This document shows, piece after piece, positions 1 through 9,765 of a stretch of DNA of 64,000 nt. The notes beneath the pieces were generated by a model. That model was given only the letters and a program-made list of their open reading frames with translations, was not told the DNA's origin and did not search any database. Origin of the DNA: Myxococcota bacterium (lineage in GTDB: Bacteria > Myxococcota_A > SURF-8). The DNA lies in contig OZ223209.1 of NCBI GenBank assembly GCA_965140415.1, positions 3,584,001 through 3,648,000 of the forward strand, written 5' to 3'. Both the position numbers and the translations under genes were made by a program. How positions within the stretch are numbered: the first letter of the stretch is position 1; each line of letters opens with the position of its first letter.

Positions 1-906
1 CAGGCAACGCTCGATCTCAACGTTGCCTTTAAACTTCTTCAGTATCTCAGTAGCCAATCTCTCGGCAGAGACATAATCCTCTTTTTTTATTGCAATCGCC
101 AATTTGAACTCTTGCACAGCATGCCAAGCATCAGTGCTATTATCCTGTTCCATCACGCGCTCTGCCACTTCAAGAGCCTTGTCGTATTCCTTTGAGAAAA
201 AGTATCGCCGCATGAGTTGCATGGGATCATGGATTTCTTCAATCGGCTGCCGAATCAGATCATCATCTGTCTTTCGCCAATTAACGCGGCAATCCCCTCT
301 AACTTGATTTTGTTCGTTCAAGCGTTGATAGCTGCCATCCAGATTGTAGTTGTAACGATCGATCGCCCGTACAGCACTGGCTTCCAAGGAAAAGACATTG
401 ATCCAGGTAATGCGCACCATCTTTACAACCCGCAAATTCAGCGCCCAGGATTTCAGTTTCGAAGTCCAGGCCCCATCCCGGTGCAAATCATAATCCCAGG
501 GATTAAAACGATTAGCCGAACCGGCCAGAAGAATCACAAGATGGGGGCGATACCGCTTAATCAGCTTGGGTAGATACCTTTTAAGTTCCAACGTATTGGA
601 TTCACAAACTCCCTGGTTGATCACATCGAAGCGATTCTGGGAGTATTTCTCATCCAATTTAGCCTGAAGCAGTGCAGGGTAGCTTTCATCTTTTTTGACC
701 AAACCACCATGCGTGAAGGAATCACCCACACAAAGGATACGCATACTGTTGTCGGGAGTAATAACGAACGACAGATCTTTCTCGCTTCTGTCATAGAAAA
801 TTCTACCGACAGCCCACAAGCTAAATTCAAGCAAGGCTAAAAAAAAGATAAGGCTGACGAAGCTGATCAACAGCTTTGCCCAAATCGGCGTATTGCTACT
901 TTCCAC
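1..906 (-). CDS. Membrane-anchored SGNH/GDSL hydrolase-family protein with a TPR-like helical region (partial, runs off the window's left edge)
   Basis: Not in the ORF track because there is no stop codon in the window. Hand translation from GTG at 906 (AAGGGG upstream) is open to base 1: N-terminal TM helix LLISFVSLIFFLALLEFSLWAVG, block I ILCVGDSFTHG, block II VINQGV, block III VILLAGSAN, then YDKALEVAERVME. Confidence 0.8.
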   Translation of the reverse strand, partial: MESSNTPIWAKLLISFVSLIFFLALLEFSLWAVGRIFYDRSEKDLSFVITPDNSMRILCVGDSFTHGGLVKKDESYPALLQAKLDEKYSQNRFDVINQGVCESNTLELKRYLPKLIKRYRPHLVILLAGSANRFNPWDYDLHRDGAWTSKLKSWALNLRVVKMVRITWINVFSLEASAVRAIDRYNYNLDGSYQRLNEQNQVRGDCRVNWRKTDDDLIRQPIEEIHDPMQLMRRYFFSKEYDKALEVAERVMEQDNSTDAWHAVQEFKLAIAIKKEDYVSAERLATEILKKFKGNVEIERCL

Positions 907-1147
907 GGTACATGCCCCTTTTGCATCGAGAAACCGGATGATCGCCGCAATTACCCCTGTTGCAACGAAAATCATTATATTCTATATCTCGTATCATTCC
1001 TTATTGGAAATGTCAATAACTCAAAATAGTAAGTATATATCTTCGTGTAATTTCGATGGTTTCGAGCAATCCAAACTTTTTTCCTCGTCCAACGATACAG
1101 CTATGCTATGATGTAAGAATACTGTCTTCAATTTACATCGGAATTAA

Positions 1148-1176
1148 TTGTACAGCCTCATGAATTTGTGTATGCT
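1148..1176 (+). promoter_or_regulatory. Sigma70-type promoter of the acyl-CoA synthetase gene
   Basis: TTGTAC-N17-TATGCT with a TG extension; GGAGG RBS before ATG 1212. Confidence 0.5.
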
Positions 1177-1211
1177 TGGCCCGGATTTTTTAATAACCGG
1201 AGGCGAAAACA

Positions 1212-3395
1212 ATGGAAGTTGAAACTCTTATTCGTACTGCGATTCATGAAAACAGAAACTCGCTAACCGAGCATGAAGCCAAAGAACTGCTTAAATCATA
1301 TTCCATACCAGTGGTACAGGAAATCGTTGCAACAACAGTCGACGATGTCTGCTTGCAAGCCACTCAACTGGGATTCCCTATAGCCGTCAAAGGACTCGGA
1401 GCGCAACTGACTCATAAAACAGAAATGGGTGTTGTGCGATTGAATCTATCGACGATAGAAGACGTGCGCGAAGCCGCAAATGAGATTCAAGAAAATGCAG
1501 GTGACAAACTTGAAGGTTTTCTCGTTCAACCAATGATTCAAGGTCGGCGTGAATTCGTCGCCGGAGTTTTCCGTGATCCGACTTTCGGTCCCATGGTGAT
1601 GTTCGGTCTGGGAGGCGTCTTGACCGAAGCACTGAACGACGTCGCATTCGGCATGGCTCCATTGGACGAAAAACAAGCGGACTTGATGATCGATCAAATC
1701 AAGGCTCAAAAACTGCTTCGCGAATTTCGCGGAGAAAAAGCAGTCGATCGAGATGCACTCAAGCAAACACTGATCGGATTATCCCGGATTGTGGCGGAAC
1801 ATCCGGAAATTTCCGAAATCGACATCAATCCCTTGCTAGTCCAAGCGACGGGAAATATTACCGCCGTTGACGCCCTGGTGGTATTGGGTGAAAAGCAACA
1901 CTTTACCGAGCGCCCCTCAATTCAACCCGAACAACTGGCCCGTCTGTTTTATCCACGTAATATCGTGTTTATCGGGGCAAGTTCCAAATTCGGCAAATGG
2001 GGACACAACCTCCCCTCAAATGCGATTGCCGCCGGCTTTGAGGGAGAAATTCACCTCGTCAACCCCAAAGGTGGGGAAATTATTGGGAAACAGGCATACA
2101 CCTCCGTACTCGACCTGCCAGACAAAGTTGACTTGGCTTTCGTAACTATTCCGGCAAAATATGTCTTCGATCTTCTTCCGCAACTTGCTGAAAAGAAAAT
2201 CCGCAATGTGGTGATGATCTCCTCTGATTTCGGAGAAACCGGAGAGGAAGGAAAGAAACGCGAAGAACAACTTGTTGAAGACGCCACTCGCCTAGGCCTG
2301 TTGATTCTCGGTCCCAATACAATGGGAATCTGCAATCCTCACACTCACCTTTTCTGCATGCCGACCCATGTGCGCCCACGTGCCGGATCGACGACATTAG
2401 TTGCACAATCAGGCAATATGGGTACGCAACTGCTTGCTTTTGCAGAGAAAGAAGGCGTCGGCATTCGTGCGTTTTCCGGTTCCGGCAACGAAGCGATGAT
2501 CAGCATCGAAGATTACATGGATTCCTTCGAAGTCGATCCGCTGACTCGGACCGTCGTTTTGTACCTTGAAAGTGTCAAAAACGGCCCACGTTTCTATGAA
2601 AGCGCTCTGCGCGTAGGTAAAAAGAAACCGGTTGTCATCCTAAAGGGAGGCCGCTCCAAGGTCGGCAGCTTGGCTGCCAGCAGCCACACCGGAGCAATGG
2701 CTCAGGATTCCCGTGTTTTTAGTGCGGTCTGTAAGCAAGCCGGTATCGTAGAAGTCAATCAACCGATGGACCTTTTGGATGTTTCGGCCTGTTTTGCATC
2801 TCTCCCCTTACCGAAAGGTCCACGCATCGGAATTATGACTCTTGGGGGTGGTTGGGGCGTAGTCACTGCGGACTTGTGCTCTGAAAACGGTTTACAGGTT
2901 CCCAAACTGGACCAGCAAATTGTCGAACGATTGGATACAATGCTTCCCGCATTCTGGAGCCGAGCCAATCCAGTTGATCTGGTAGGCGAGCATGATCCAA
3001 GTCTTCCCATTACCGTAGTGGAAGAACTGCTAAAATGGGACGGCTGCGATGCTGTGATCAATCTGGGTATCCATGGTTTCCGAATTCTGACCGCTCAAAT
3101 GTTCGATTCCATCGAAAAGTGCGATCCTGCTTATCCGAAGGAATTCATCGACACCCTGCGGCAACAGATCATGAACGCAGAGGACCACTACATCGAGCGC
3201 ATGGCTCAATTGATGGAAAAATACCAGAAACCCGTTGTTGGTGTAAGCCTGCTATCGGACGAACACAGCAAAACGGTGTATCAGATTCCAGATTGCCAAT
3301 ACAACAGCGTGTTCTTCCTTACACCGGAGCGAGCGGTAAAATCGTTGGCAAAGATGTGGCGCTATGCAAATTGGCGAAACACCTTCAGCAACTAA
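1212..3395 (+). CDS. ADP-forming acyl-CoA synthetase (acetate--CoA ligase family), ATP-grasp domain N-terminal, CoA-binding and ligase domains C-terminal
   Basis: LTEHEAKELL, HKTEMGVV, FGPMVMFGLGG, EIDINPL; then IGAS, VNP, ILGPNTMG, QSGN, phospho-His motif SHTGA and NPVD. Confidence 0.9.
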   Translation: MEVETLIRTAIHENRNSLTEHEAKELLKSYSIPVVQEIVATTVDDVCLQATQLGFPIAVKGLGAQLTHKTEMGVVRLNLSTIEDVREAANEIQENAGDKLEGFLVQPMIQGRREFVAGVFRDPTFGPMVMFGLGGVLTEALNDVAFGMAPLDEKQADLMIDQIKAQKLLREFRGEKAVDRDALKQTLIGLSRIVAEHPEISEIDINPLLVQATGNITAVDALVVLGEKQHFTERPSIQPEQLARLFYPRNIVFIGASSKFGKWGHNLPSNAIAAGFEGEIHLVNPKGGEIIGKQAYTSVLDLPDKVDLAFVTIPAKYVFDLLPQLAEKKIRNVVMISSDFGETGEEGKKREEQLVEDATRLGLLILGPNTMGICNPHTHLFCMPTHVRPRAGSTTLVAQSGNMGTQLLAFAEKEGVGIRAFSGSGNEAMISIEDYMDSFEVDPLTRTVVLYLESVKNGPRFYESALRVGKKKPVVILKGGRSKVGSLAASSHTGAMAQDSRVFSAVCKQAGIVEVNQPMDLLDVSACFASLPLPKGPRIGIMTLGGGWGVVTADLCSENGLQVPKLDQQIVERLDTMLPAFWSRANPVDLVGEHDPSLPITVVEELLKWDGCDAVINLGIHGFRILTAQMFDSIEKCDPAYPKEFIDTLRQQIMNAEDHYIERMAQLMEKYQKPVVGVSLLSDEHSKTVYQIPDCQYNSVFFLTPERAVKSLAKMWRYANWRNTFSN

Positions 3396-3421
3396 ACCGT
3401 AATTTTAAAAAGGAGTTCCTC

Positions 3422-6094
3422 ATGTCCCGTGTCCGAATCACGGGTTGTCCAGCGATTCAAGTGTTTCTCTTTCTGCTGCTGTGTATGACCGCCGGTTGTA
3501 GCTCAGCAGATCAGGATGAAACCGACGATTTCGGAGATTCGGATGGGACAGAGGCCCTTTTTCCAGATGGGGATAACGATTCCTCCTGGCCGCTCTGGCC
3601 ACCGACAGACCAGGACCAAATCACAACAGATGGCGATTCTGAATTAGGATCAGACAGCGAAGAGCCGGAAATCCCCACGTCCTGCCCTGAAACATGTCCA
3701 TCCGGTCAGATATGCGATGAAACCCAAGGCATTTGTGTTGACGGCTGTCACGATCATGAGGATTGTCCGGCACTTTATCGCTGCGATAACCAGCGTAAAG
3801 CCTGCTACTTTGTAGGATGCAGCAGCGACCTGGAATGCTCTCAGAATTTAATTTGCCAGCGCAGCTCGGGCTTGTGTGTTGAATGTGGAGAAGATATCGA
3901 TTGCGAGGGAGGCATCTGCAACCGTGAAAATATGAGCTGCGTTGCCACGACTTGCCAGGATGACGGCTACGAACCCAATGACAGCCACCGTGAAGCAACT
4001 CCTATCGCAAATGGTCGTTTAGATAAGCTGGTTTTGTGCAACCCGGATCAGGATTGGTTCGTTTTCCAAGCTGCCGCCGGAGACCAGGCCGAAATTGATG
4101 TGTTCACCAATAAGCAGATTTCCCTTTCTATCCGTCATTCCGAAATCACCACACCTCTATTTTCCGGCACCGGACAAGGCGATCCTTGGCATATCGATCT
4201 GTCGCAATGCACTTGGGGGGGGGATTACTGGATTCAAGTCACAGCCCAAGATTATCAGGAAACTCTATCCTATTCCCTGCAATTCGACCTCGAACATACG
4301 ACATCCAGTTGCCGGGACGATAGCCTTGAAGAAAACGACAGCCTCATTCGCGCACGCATGGTAGAAGCGATTGCTTATGAAAACCTTATCCTTTGCCCAG
4401 GTGATCCGGATTGGTACAAGCTTGCGTTGAACCAGGGAGAGTCACTGGAAATCGAAGTATCCTCCAATTCCGATACAAGCATTGGTTTTTCCGTTTTTTC
4501 TCCCGAGCATGCCATCATTACAGAGGGAATAAGCGGAAATCCTGTTTCGATTCCCGAACTGGCCAAAAGCGGCTCGTATTACATCCGCCTGCTTGGAGAA
4601 ACCGCAGAGACGCAAGCAACATATGGCTTGTCACTTACCCGAACTCTAAACGAACCGACTTGTACCGACGATCCGTTTGAAGAAAACGACACACCGGAAC
4701 AGGCAATGGCTTTAGCCACGAATCAAGCTGCTACCTTTTCTCTCTGTCCTGGCGATGACGATTGGTTTTCCATCCTCGTCGATTCGGGAGACCAACTGTC
4801 CGTCACGTTTGAAGCTTCAAGCGATCAAGCGGAATTGGTTCTTCTATCCGAGAATGGAACCACAACACTCGCTCGCGGCGTCACGGCGGAAGGTAATAAA
4901 TGGATTGCGGAATACACAGCAACCCGGTCAATGAAGTTGTTTATTCGAACCAGCACGATTAGTGAGGGAGAAGGATTCAGTTACGAACTAACCGCAGCAT
5001 TGACACACGCCCCGGTCTGCACTGATGACTCGTTGGAAAACGATGATACCCCCTCCGAGGCAACTCCCATTGAATCCGGTTTTCTGGAAACATTGACCCT
5101 CTGTTCCGGCGATCAAGATTGGTTCCGCTTTGATGCCCATTATCAAGATGAACTTACCATCGATCTGCTTTTTACTCATCAGAATGGCGATCTGGATCTA
5201 TATCTTTACGATCCGGACGGTTATTTGCTGGCAATGTCCACCGGCACCTCGGATGATGAGCAAATCACATCCGCTTCTCTGGCTCTTACGGGAATTTATT
5301 ATATTCTGGTAACCGGCTGGGAAGAAGCTTCCAACCATTATTTGCTGGCGCTTACCATTACGCAATCGTCTCCTCCATGTTCGAATGACGATCTGGAACC
5401 GAATGATCAACCTACCCAAGCATGGCAGTCTATAGCTCCTTTTGACGAGCAATTGCAACTCTGCCTGGACGAGCGCGACTGGTTCTCGTTCTCTCTAAAT
5501 GCGGGTGAGCAACTAGACGCCCTTGTTTTGGAAGAAAGTACTGCGGACACACTGAATCTGGATATTTTCGACACTTCCGGCGAAACGGTATTAGCAATGG
5601 GTGCAACTTCGGATAATGGCACAACGGTCACGCTGCCCGCCGTAACCATGGCCAAACGCGTTTTATTGCGTGTGCAATCTCCCCAAAGTCAGGCGGCAAT
5701 CGCATATGATCTACTTGTTGACATTACCCAAACAGGTCCAACATGCACAGATGATGAATATGAGGACAACGACGATATTTATTCCTCGGTTGACACGATG
5801 GAAGGAGAAGTGACGGGAATCATTTGCTCGAATGATGAAGACTGGTTCGCCGTTCCTGTCGCGGCAGGAGGAGCCCTGTATGCCGCACTCGATTTCATTC
5901 ACAGTGTCGGCGATCTGGATCTCTACTTGTACGATCCCTATGGTTCGTTGCTTATGTCCTCACTATCTGAAACCAATCGTGAAGAAGTCTTTCTCGATGA
6001 ATCCGACGAAGACGATTATTTCTATCTGCGTGTAAAAGGATATCAGGACGCAGCAGGCGACTATATACTGACCCTGCTGGCGGATCATCCATAA
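3422..6094 (+). CDS. Large acidic lipoprotein: Cys-rich repeats plus six tandem pre-peptidase C-terminal (PPC)-like modules
   Basis: ATG 3422 follows AAGGAG; lipobox MTAGC; six units starting C-x-(D/N)D-x-x-E-x-(N/D)D, each with (L/I)C..D.DW(F/Y); GDLDLYLYDP occurs in two units. Confidence 0.8.
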   Translation: MSRVRITGCPAIQVFLFLLLCMTAGCSSADQDETDDFGDSDGTEALFPDGDNDSSWPLWPPTDQDQITTDGDSELGSDSEEPEIPTSCPETCPSGQICDETQGICVDGCHDHEDCPALYRCDNQRKACYFVGCSSDLECSQNLICQRSSGLCVECGEDIDCEGGICNRENMSCVATTCQDDGYEPNDSHREATPIANGRLDKLVLCNPDQDWFVFQAAAGDQAEIDVFTNKQISLSIRHSEITTPLFSGTGQGDPWHIDLSQCTWGGDYWIQVTAQDYQETLSYSLQFDLEHTTSSCRDDSLEENDSLIRARMVEAIAYENLILCPGDPDWYKLALNQGESLEIEVSSNSDTSIGFSVFSPEHAIITEGISGNPVSIPELAKSGSYYIRLLGETAETQATYGLSLTRTLNEPTCTDDPFEENDTPEQAMALATNQAATFSLCPGDDDWFSILVDSGDQLSVTFEASSDQAELVLLSENGTTTLARGVTAEGNKWIAEYTATRSMKLFIRTSTISEGEGFSYELTAALTHAPVCTDDSLENDDTPSEATPIESGFLETLTLCSGDQDWFRFDAHYQDELTIDLLFTHQNGDLDLYLYDPDGYLLAMSTGTSDDEQITSASLALTGIYYILVTGWEEASNHYLLALTITQSSPPCSNDDLEPNDQPTQAWQSIAPFDEQLQLCLDERDWFSFSLNAGEQLDALVLEESTADTLNLDIFDTSGETVLAMGATSDNGTTVTLPAVTMAKRVLLRVQSPQSQAAIAYDLLVDITQTGPTCTDDEYEDNDDIYSSVDTMEGEVTGIICSNDEDWFAVPVAAGGALYAALDFIHSVGDLDLYLYDPYGSLLMSSLSETNREEVFLDESDEDDYFYLRVKGYQDAAGDYILTLLADHP

Positions 6095-6096
6095 CG

Positions 6097-6132
6097 AAAA
6101 ACTCCCTTCGCCACAACACGAAGGGAGTTTTT
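6097..6132. terminator. Bidirectional intrinsic terminator
   Basis: AAAAACTCCCTTCG-N8-CGAAGGGAGTTTTT, a perfect 14-bp inverted repeat between convergent genes. Confidence 0.9.
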
Positions 6133-6154
6133 TAGATCAGATATGCCGTACAGA

Positions 6155-7399
6155 TTACCAGAAATTGATTGGAATCGGAATGCGTATACCCGCATTCACG
6201 ATCTGGCTGGCACGACAGTTCTTGCCCGGCAGCAAACGATTGGTTCGATATGTCCCATAGAGCTGGAAGGGAGCACCCACACGCAGGAAACTGAAGAGCA
6301 AAGTGAATGTAAGCGGATTGCGATATCCGGGCCGCCAATCCTCTTCCTTGTCCCAATCCCACAAGGGGGAATTAGAATCGTAATCAGTCTGCTGCTGATG
6401 CATGAACGAGTATTGAATTGAAGCCGTAAGCAATGGAGGAAGTTTTTCCGCTTTGCTGGCATCACCGCCGGTGATCCATGTACCCAGGGCCGGTCCTTTT
6501 ACCAACACACCGTCGATCTGCAAGGAAACACCGCTGTAATCGCCGGGCTTGACATGATAGGTGTCACCGACATAAGGCGCATTGTGCAGCATTAGCGGAT
6601 GAATTGTTCCCGTGGCGGCGGTTAATTCTCTTTTAAAGAATACTTCGTAAAAGCCTTCGATTCCGATGGTAAGACGACCATCCAGTTCCTTCTCAAATGT
6701 CTTGTCGAATCCCAGGTGAAAAGTAAGATCTCCCTGCGAAGCAAGATCCCACATCGATGTTCCGGCTGTCACCAAACGCTCGGGATCAGCGTTCTTTCCT
6801 GTTGGAATCACACCTGAGATAGCCAGCGCTGAATGAAATCCGTTTTCTTTGCACCAGTGGAAGAAGTCGGTAAAACGCCAGCGAAGACCGAGAACGATAT
6901 CGGATAAATCACCTTTATTGCCAACCCATTTCGTCGGCTTGGTCTCACCGAAGCTTTCCGCCCACAACCAGAAATCTTCTTCGGAATACGGACGCCCCAA
7001 CTGAGGTTGATAATCACCTGGTTCCCATTTCAAGTTCGGATCGATCGACGTTTCCAAAACCACAGGAATACCGATTCCCAAAGAAAATGAATCGGTGATT
7101 CCATATTGCAGCTTCGTCACCAACATCATGAACTTGACATCCGCCGCCGCAGACAAGACACCTTGCTGTCCTCCGCCCGGCTCGAATCGTTCGATGTCAT
7201 TGATCAACGGTCCCAATTCGCCGTCGTTCTTCCAGGTATCGTTGAGCCATGAATAATAGAAAACTTCTTCCAGCATGAAAGTGCCCTCAGGCAGAGTTTC
7301 CGTGAACCCCGCCTTGGCCGAATCCGGCCACAGCACTCCAACAGAAAGAACACAACAGACCAGGATCCATATCAACTTCATCTGTATTGTGCGGCTCAT
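6155..7399 (-). CDS. Putative outer-membrane beta-barrel (phenol-MetA-degradation/transporter-like)
   Basis: Signal peptide ending AKA; ETLPEG, LQYGITD, GDLSDIVLGLRWRF and IPTG motifs; amphipathic strands; terminal Trp; start overlaps the upstream stop codon (ATGA). Confidence 0.6.
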   Translation of the reverse strand: MSRTIQMKLIWILVCCVLSVGVLWPDSAKAGFTETLPEGTFMLEEVFYYSWLNDTWKNDGELGPLINDIERFEPGGGQQGVLSAAADVKFMMLVTKLQYGITDSFSLGIGIPVVLETSIDPNLKWEPGDYQPQLGRPYSEEDFWLWAESFGETKPTKWVGNKGDLSDIVLGLRWRFTDFFHWCKENGFHSALAISGVIPTGKNADPERLVTAGTSMWDLASQGDLTFHLGFDKTFEKELDGRLTIGIEGFYEVFFKRELTAATGTIHPLMLHNAPYVGDTYHVKPGDYSGVSLQIDGVLVKGPALGTWITGGDASKAEKLPPLLTASIQYSFMHQQQTDYDSNSPLWDWDKEEDWRPGYRNPLTFTLLFSFLRVGAPFQLYGTYRTNRLLPGKNCRASQIVNAGIRIPIPINFW

Positions 7400-9765
7400 T
7401 TCTGCACCCCCTTTCCTGCAACGGCTTCGTTGAGGTTATAGGGGATAAACTCCTGATCCGTAACGGGAACATCGCCACTGGCCCAGTTCATGATGCCTTT
7501 GGTCGGTTCAAATACCGCTGTGGACATGGAGTCGCGAATGTCTACAAGGCCAGGATCCCTAAGAATCTCAATGGCTTTGGGGACATTAATTTTACCGTAG
7601 TATTCGGTAATTAAATCACCAAGCACGTGGAAAGCTCTAAGCGATCTGAAATAAAAACCCGTCCATTCGCTTTGAGGTGTCAGGCTGAACGTGTCTAGCC
7701 AGATCCTGATATCATCACGATTCTTCTCGTAATGACTGCCAATGAAAAGGTCGTCACCGTTAATGCTGCCGTACAGATTTCCGAATTCATCCGTACTGAC
7801 ATCATCCTCCGGGTCGGCCTGGTAGTAGAAAAAGCCATCCACTTCGTGAATAGGATCGTCTTCCGTTTTTTCGACTTCATTCTGGAAGCCACCATCCAAT
7901 TCGATGGCCGCCATTTCGCCTTGTTTATCCATCACCAGCATGTTCCAGCCGTAAGTTTGCCCACTTAGATAGAAATGCTTGATGGCTTCATCTACAGTCG
8001 TCATGTTGCGTAACATCTCACGACCGGAGAAACCTATTGGAAGCCCCGTCGCCAACAGTCGGGTATCTCCAAGAATAGTTGCCAGAGCATCTAGTGGATT
8101 GTCCGGTGATGAAAGAATGGGGCCCAGATTATCCAGGATAACCTTCACCACACCGCCTACAAGCGGATTATCCAGCGAATCGGAATTCGTCATGGCATAT
8201 GTCATGCCTTCGGTATTCATCCCGGAAAAACCGTAGCAGATACCCGCCCACCCCATGTATGTGTGTGGGTAGCCATCCGTTGGAATCTGTGTAAAGTGCA
8301 CCGAATGTTCGTGAATGAGGTTGCTGTCCAGCAATGAGTAATGGTGGGCCAACAAGGGAACATCATTTGAAACCGCAGTATCTCGCAACGCAAAAGCGAT
8401 GCTTGGAGGCTGAGAACGTCCGTCGTCTACTGCGCGGTTTTTGACCTCGTAGCGTTGCAACCCGTATCCGTTCTTTTCCGCAAATCCCTTTGTAGTAAAG
8501 GTAATGTGTTCATCGCGCATGAAACGGTTATGGAAAGGTTCCGGCGTATAAATCGGGGATTGATCACCCGCCTGGATTATAAAAGCAACGGCCTCTCCTT
8601 CGGGAAATCCTCCTTCTGGCCGGAAAACGACTTCCAGCGGGTTCTGGCAACCTTCGAATGTATATTCACCATGATCGTCCGGTTCCGGTGTTTTGTCCGT
8701 CGCTTCCAGGAACTTGATTTCCAATTCCTCATCTTCGCTTGTATAAACTGTATCGCCGATTTGAAAACGAACGGAATCGGGATTCATGCATTGCGGATCG
8801 CTAGCCTGGAAACACATCGGATCGAAACAGGAAATGTGCACACGAGGATAAAGACAAGTCAACCCTTCCTCGGTGATACATTCGCGATCGATGAAGTCCT
8901 GTCCTTTACATTCATCCTTGATACAGATGTCATTTACACAACGCGAATCCATCTGCTCGCTTCCTACAGGTTCCACATTGTTCGGATCGTTGCACGCCGT
9001 CTGCCCGATTGATCGATCTTCCAAAACGATCCGGATGGCAGCATCCTTGGGAGCTTCAACAAGCATGGCGTAATACAAGGGGGTGTATTTGTCGAAAGCC
9101 CCCTCACCTTCCTCATCCGTTTCGCCGTTGCCGTCGTTGTCCACGCCATCATTCATATCGCCGACGAATTCGAGTTGGGTGATATACGGAGTTTGAATCT
9201 GCTTGATAAACGCCGTCACTGCACGGAAACCCATCATGGTATCCAAGAATGTATTCAATATTAATACTTTCTTGAAATATTCCCCGCGCAACGAATCGGT
9301 TTCGGCATTGTCTTCCGTAATGTGCGCGAAGAACTCATCCGTCAACGGCGGATTATCTACGCACTTTTCGTCCGTATCGCAAGCGCCATCCGCAACTCCA
9401 AGTATTTCCTGCCGATACGTTTCAGGAATGTAGTTCTTGTAAAGATGGTAGCCGCTTTCAAGCAACATTTTCCGCGAGAACTGATTGTTGCAGTATTCTT
9501 CTCGCAGATAATAAGAAAGCACGGAAGCCACATTGACCTGCTCACGGTTCAGATAAGGAATCAGCGAGTCGTCAAGCAGGCGGGTGTATATGGATCGAAT
9601 GTAATTTCCCAACAAACTGCCGTGCTGGTAACCACGCGAATAGCTATCGCCTTCCAGCACGACTTCCTGGACGTATGAAGGCTGCTTGGCAACCTCACAA
9701 CCGATTATCAATAGAGGGAGTAATAAAAACAGAAAAGCCCAAAGACAACGTCTAATGTACTTCAT
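7396..9765 (-). CDS. Lipoprotein with a peptidase C45-like Ntn-hydrolase fold and a large Cys-rich insertion
   Basis: ATG 9765 after AGGAGG; lipobox LIIGC; LEGDSYSRGYQHG, YRQEILGVADGA, SIAFA, GWAGICYGFSGMNTEG, TTVDEAI, GWNMLVMD, STAVFEP. Confidence 0.7.
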   Translation of the reverse strand: MKYIRRCLWAFLFLLLPLLIIGCEVAKQPSYVQEVVLEGDSYSRGYQHGSLLGNYIRSIYTRLLDDSLIPYLNREQVNVASVLSYYLREEYCNNQFSRKMLLESGYHLYKNYIPETYRQEILGVADGACDTDEKCVDNPPLTDEFFAHITEDNAETDSLRGEYFKKVLILNTFLDTMMGFRAVTAFIKQIQTPYITQLEFVGDMNDGVDNDGNGETDEEGEGAFDKYTPLYYAMLVEAPKDAAIRIVLEDRSIGQTACNDPNNVEPVGSEQMDSRCVNDICIKDECKGQDFIDRECITEEGLTCLYPRVHISCFDPMCFQASDPQCMNPDSVRFQIGDTVYTSEDEELEIKFLEATDKTPEPDDHGEYTFEGCQNPLEVVFRPEGGFPEGEAVAFIIQAGDQSPIYTPEPFHNRFMRDEHITFTTKGFAEKNGYGLQRYEVKNRAVDDGRSQPPSIAFALRDTAVSNDVPLLAHHYSLLDSNLIHEHSVHFTQIPTDGYPHTYMGWAGICYGFSGMNTEGMTYAMTNSDSLDNPLVGGVVKVILDNLGPILSSPDNPLDALATILGDTRLLATGLPIGFSGREMLRNMTTVDEAIKHFYLSGQTYGWNMLVMDKQGEMAAIELDGGFQNEVEKTEDDPIHEVDGFFYYQADPEDDVSTDEFGNLYGSINGDDLFIGSHYEKNRDDIRIWLDTFSLTPQSEWTGFYFRSLRAFHVLGDLITEYYGKINVPKAIEILRDPGLVDIRDSMSTAVFEPTKGIMNWASGDVPVTDQEFIPYNLNEAVAGKGVQK

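Noticed and set aside
3035-3421. N-terminal extension of the 1019-aa ORF overlapping the acyl-CoA synthetase
   Set aside because: The RBS and signal peptide/lipobox begin at ATG 3422; the extension is an incidentally open frame.
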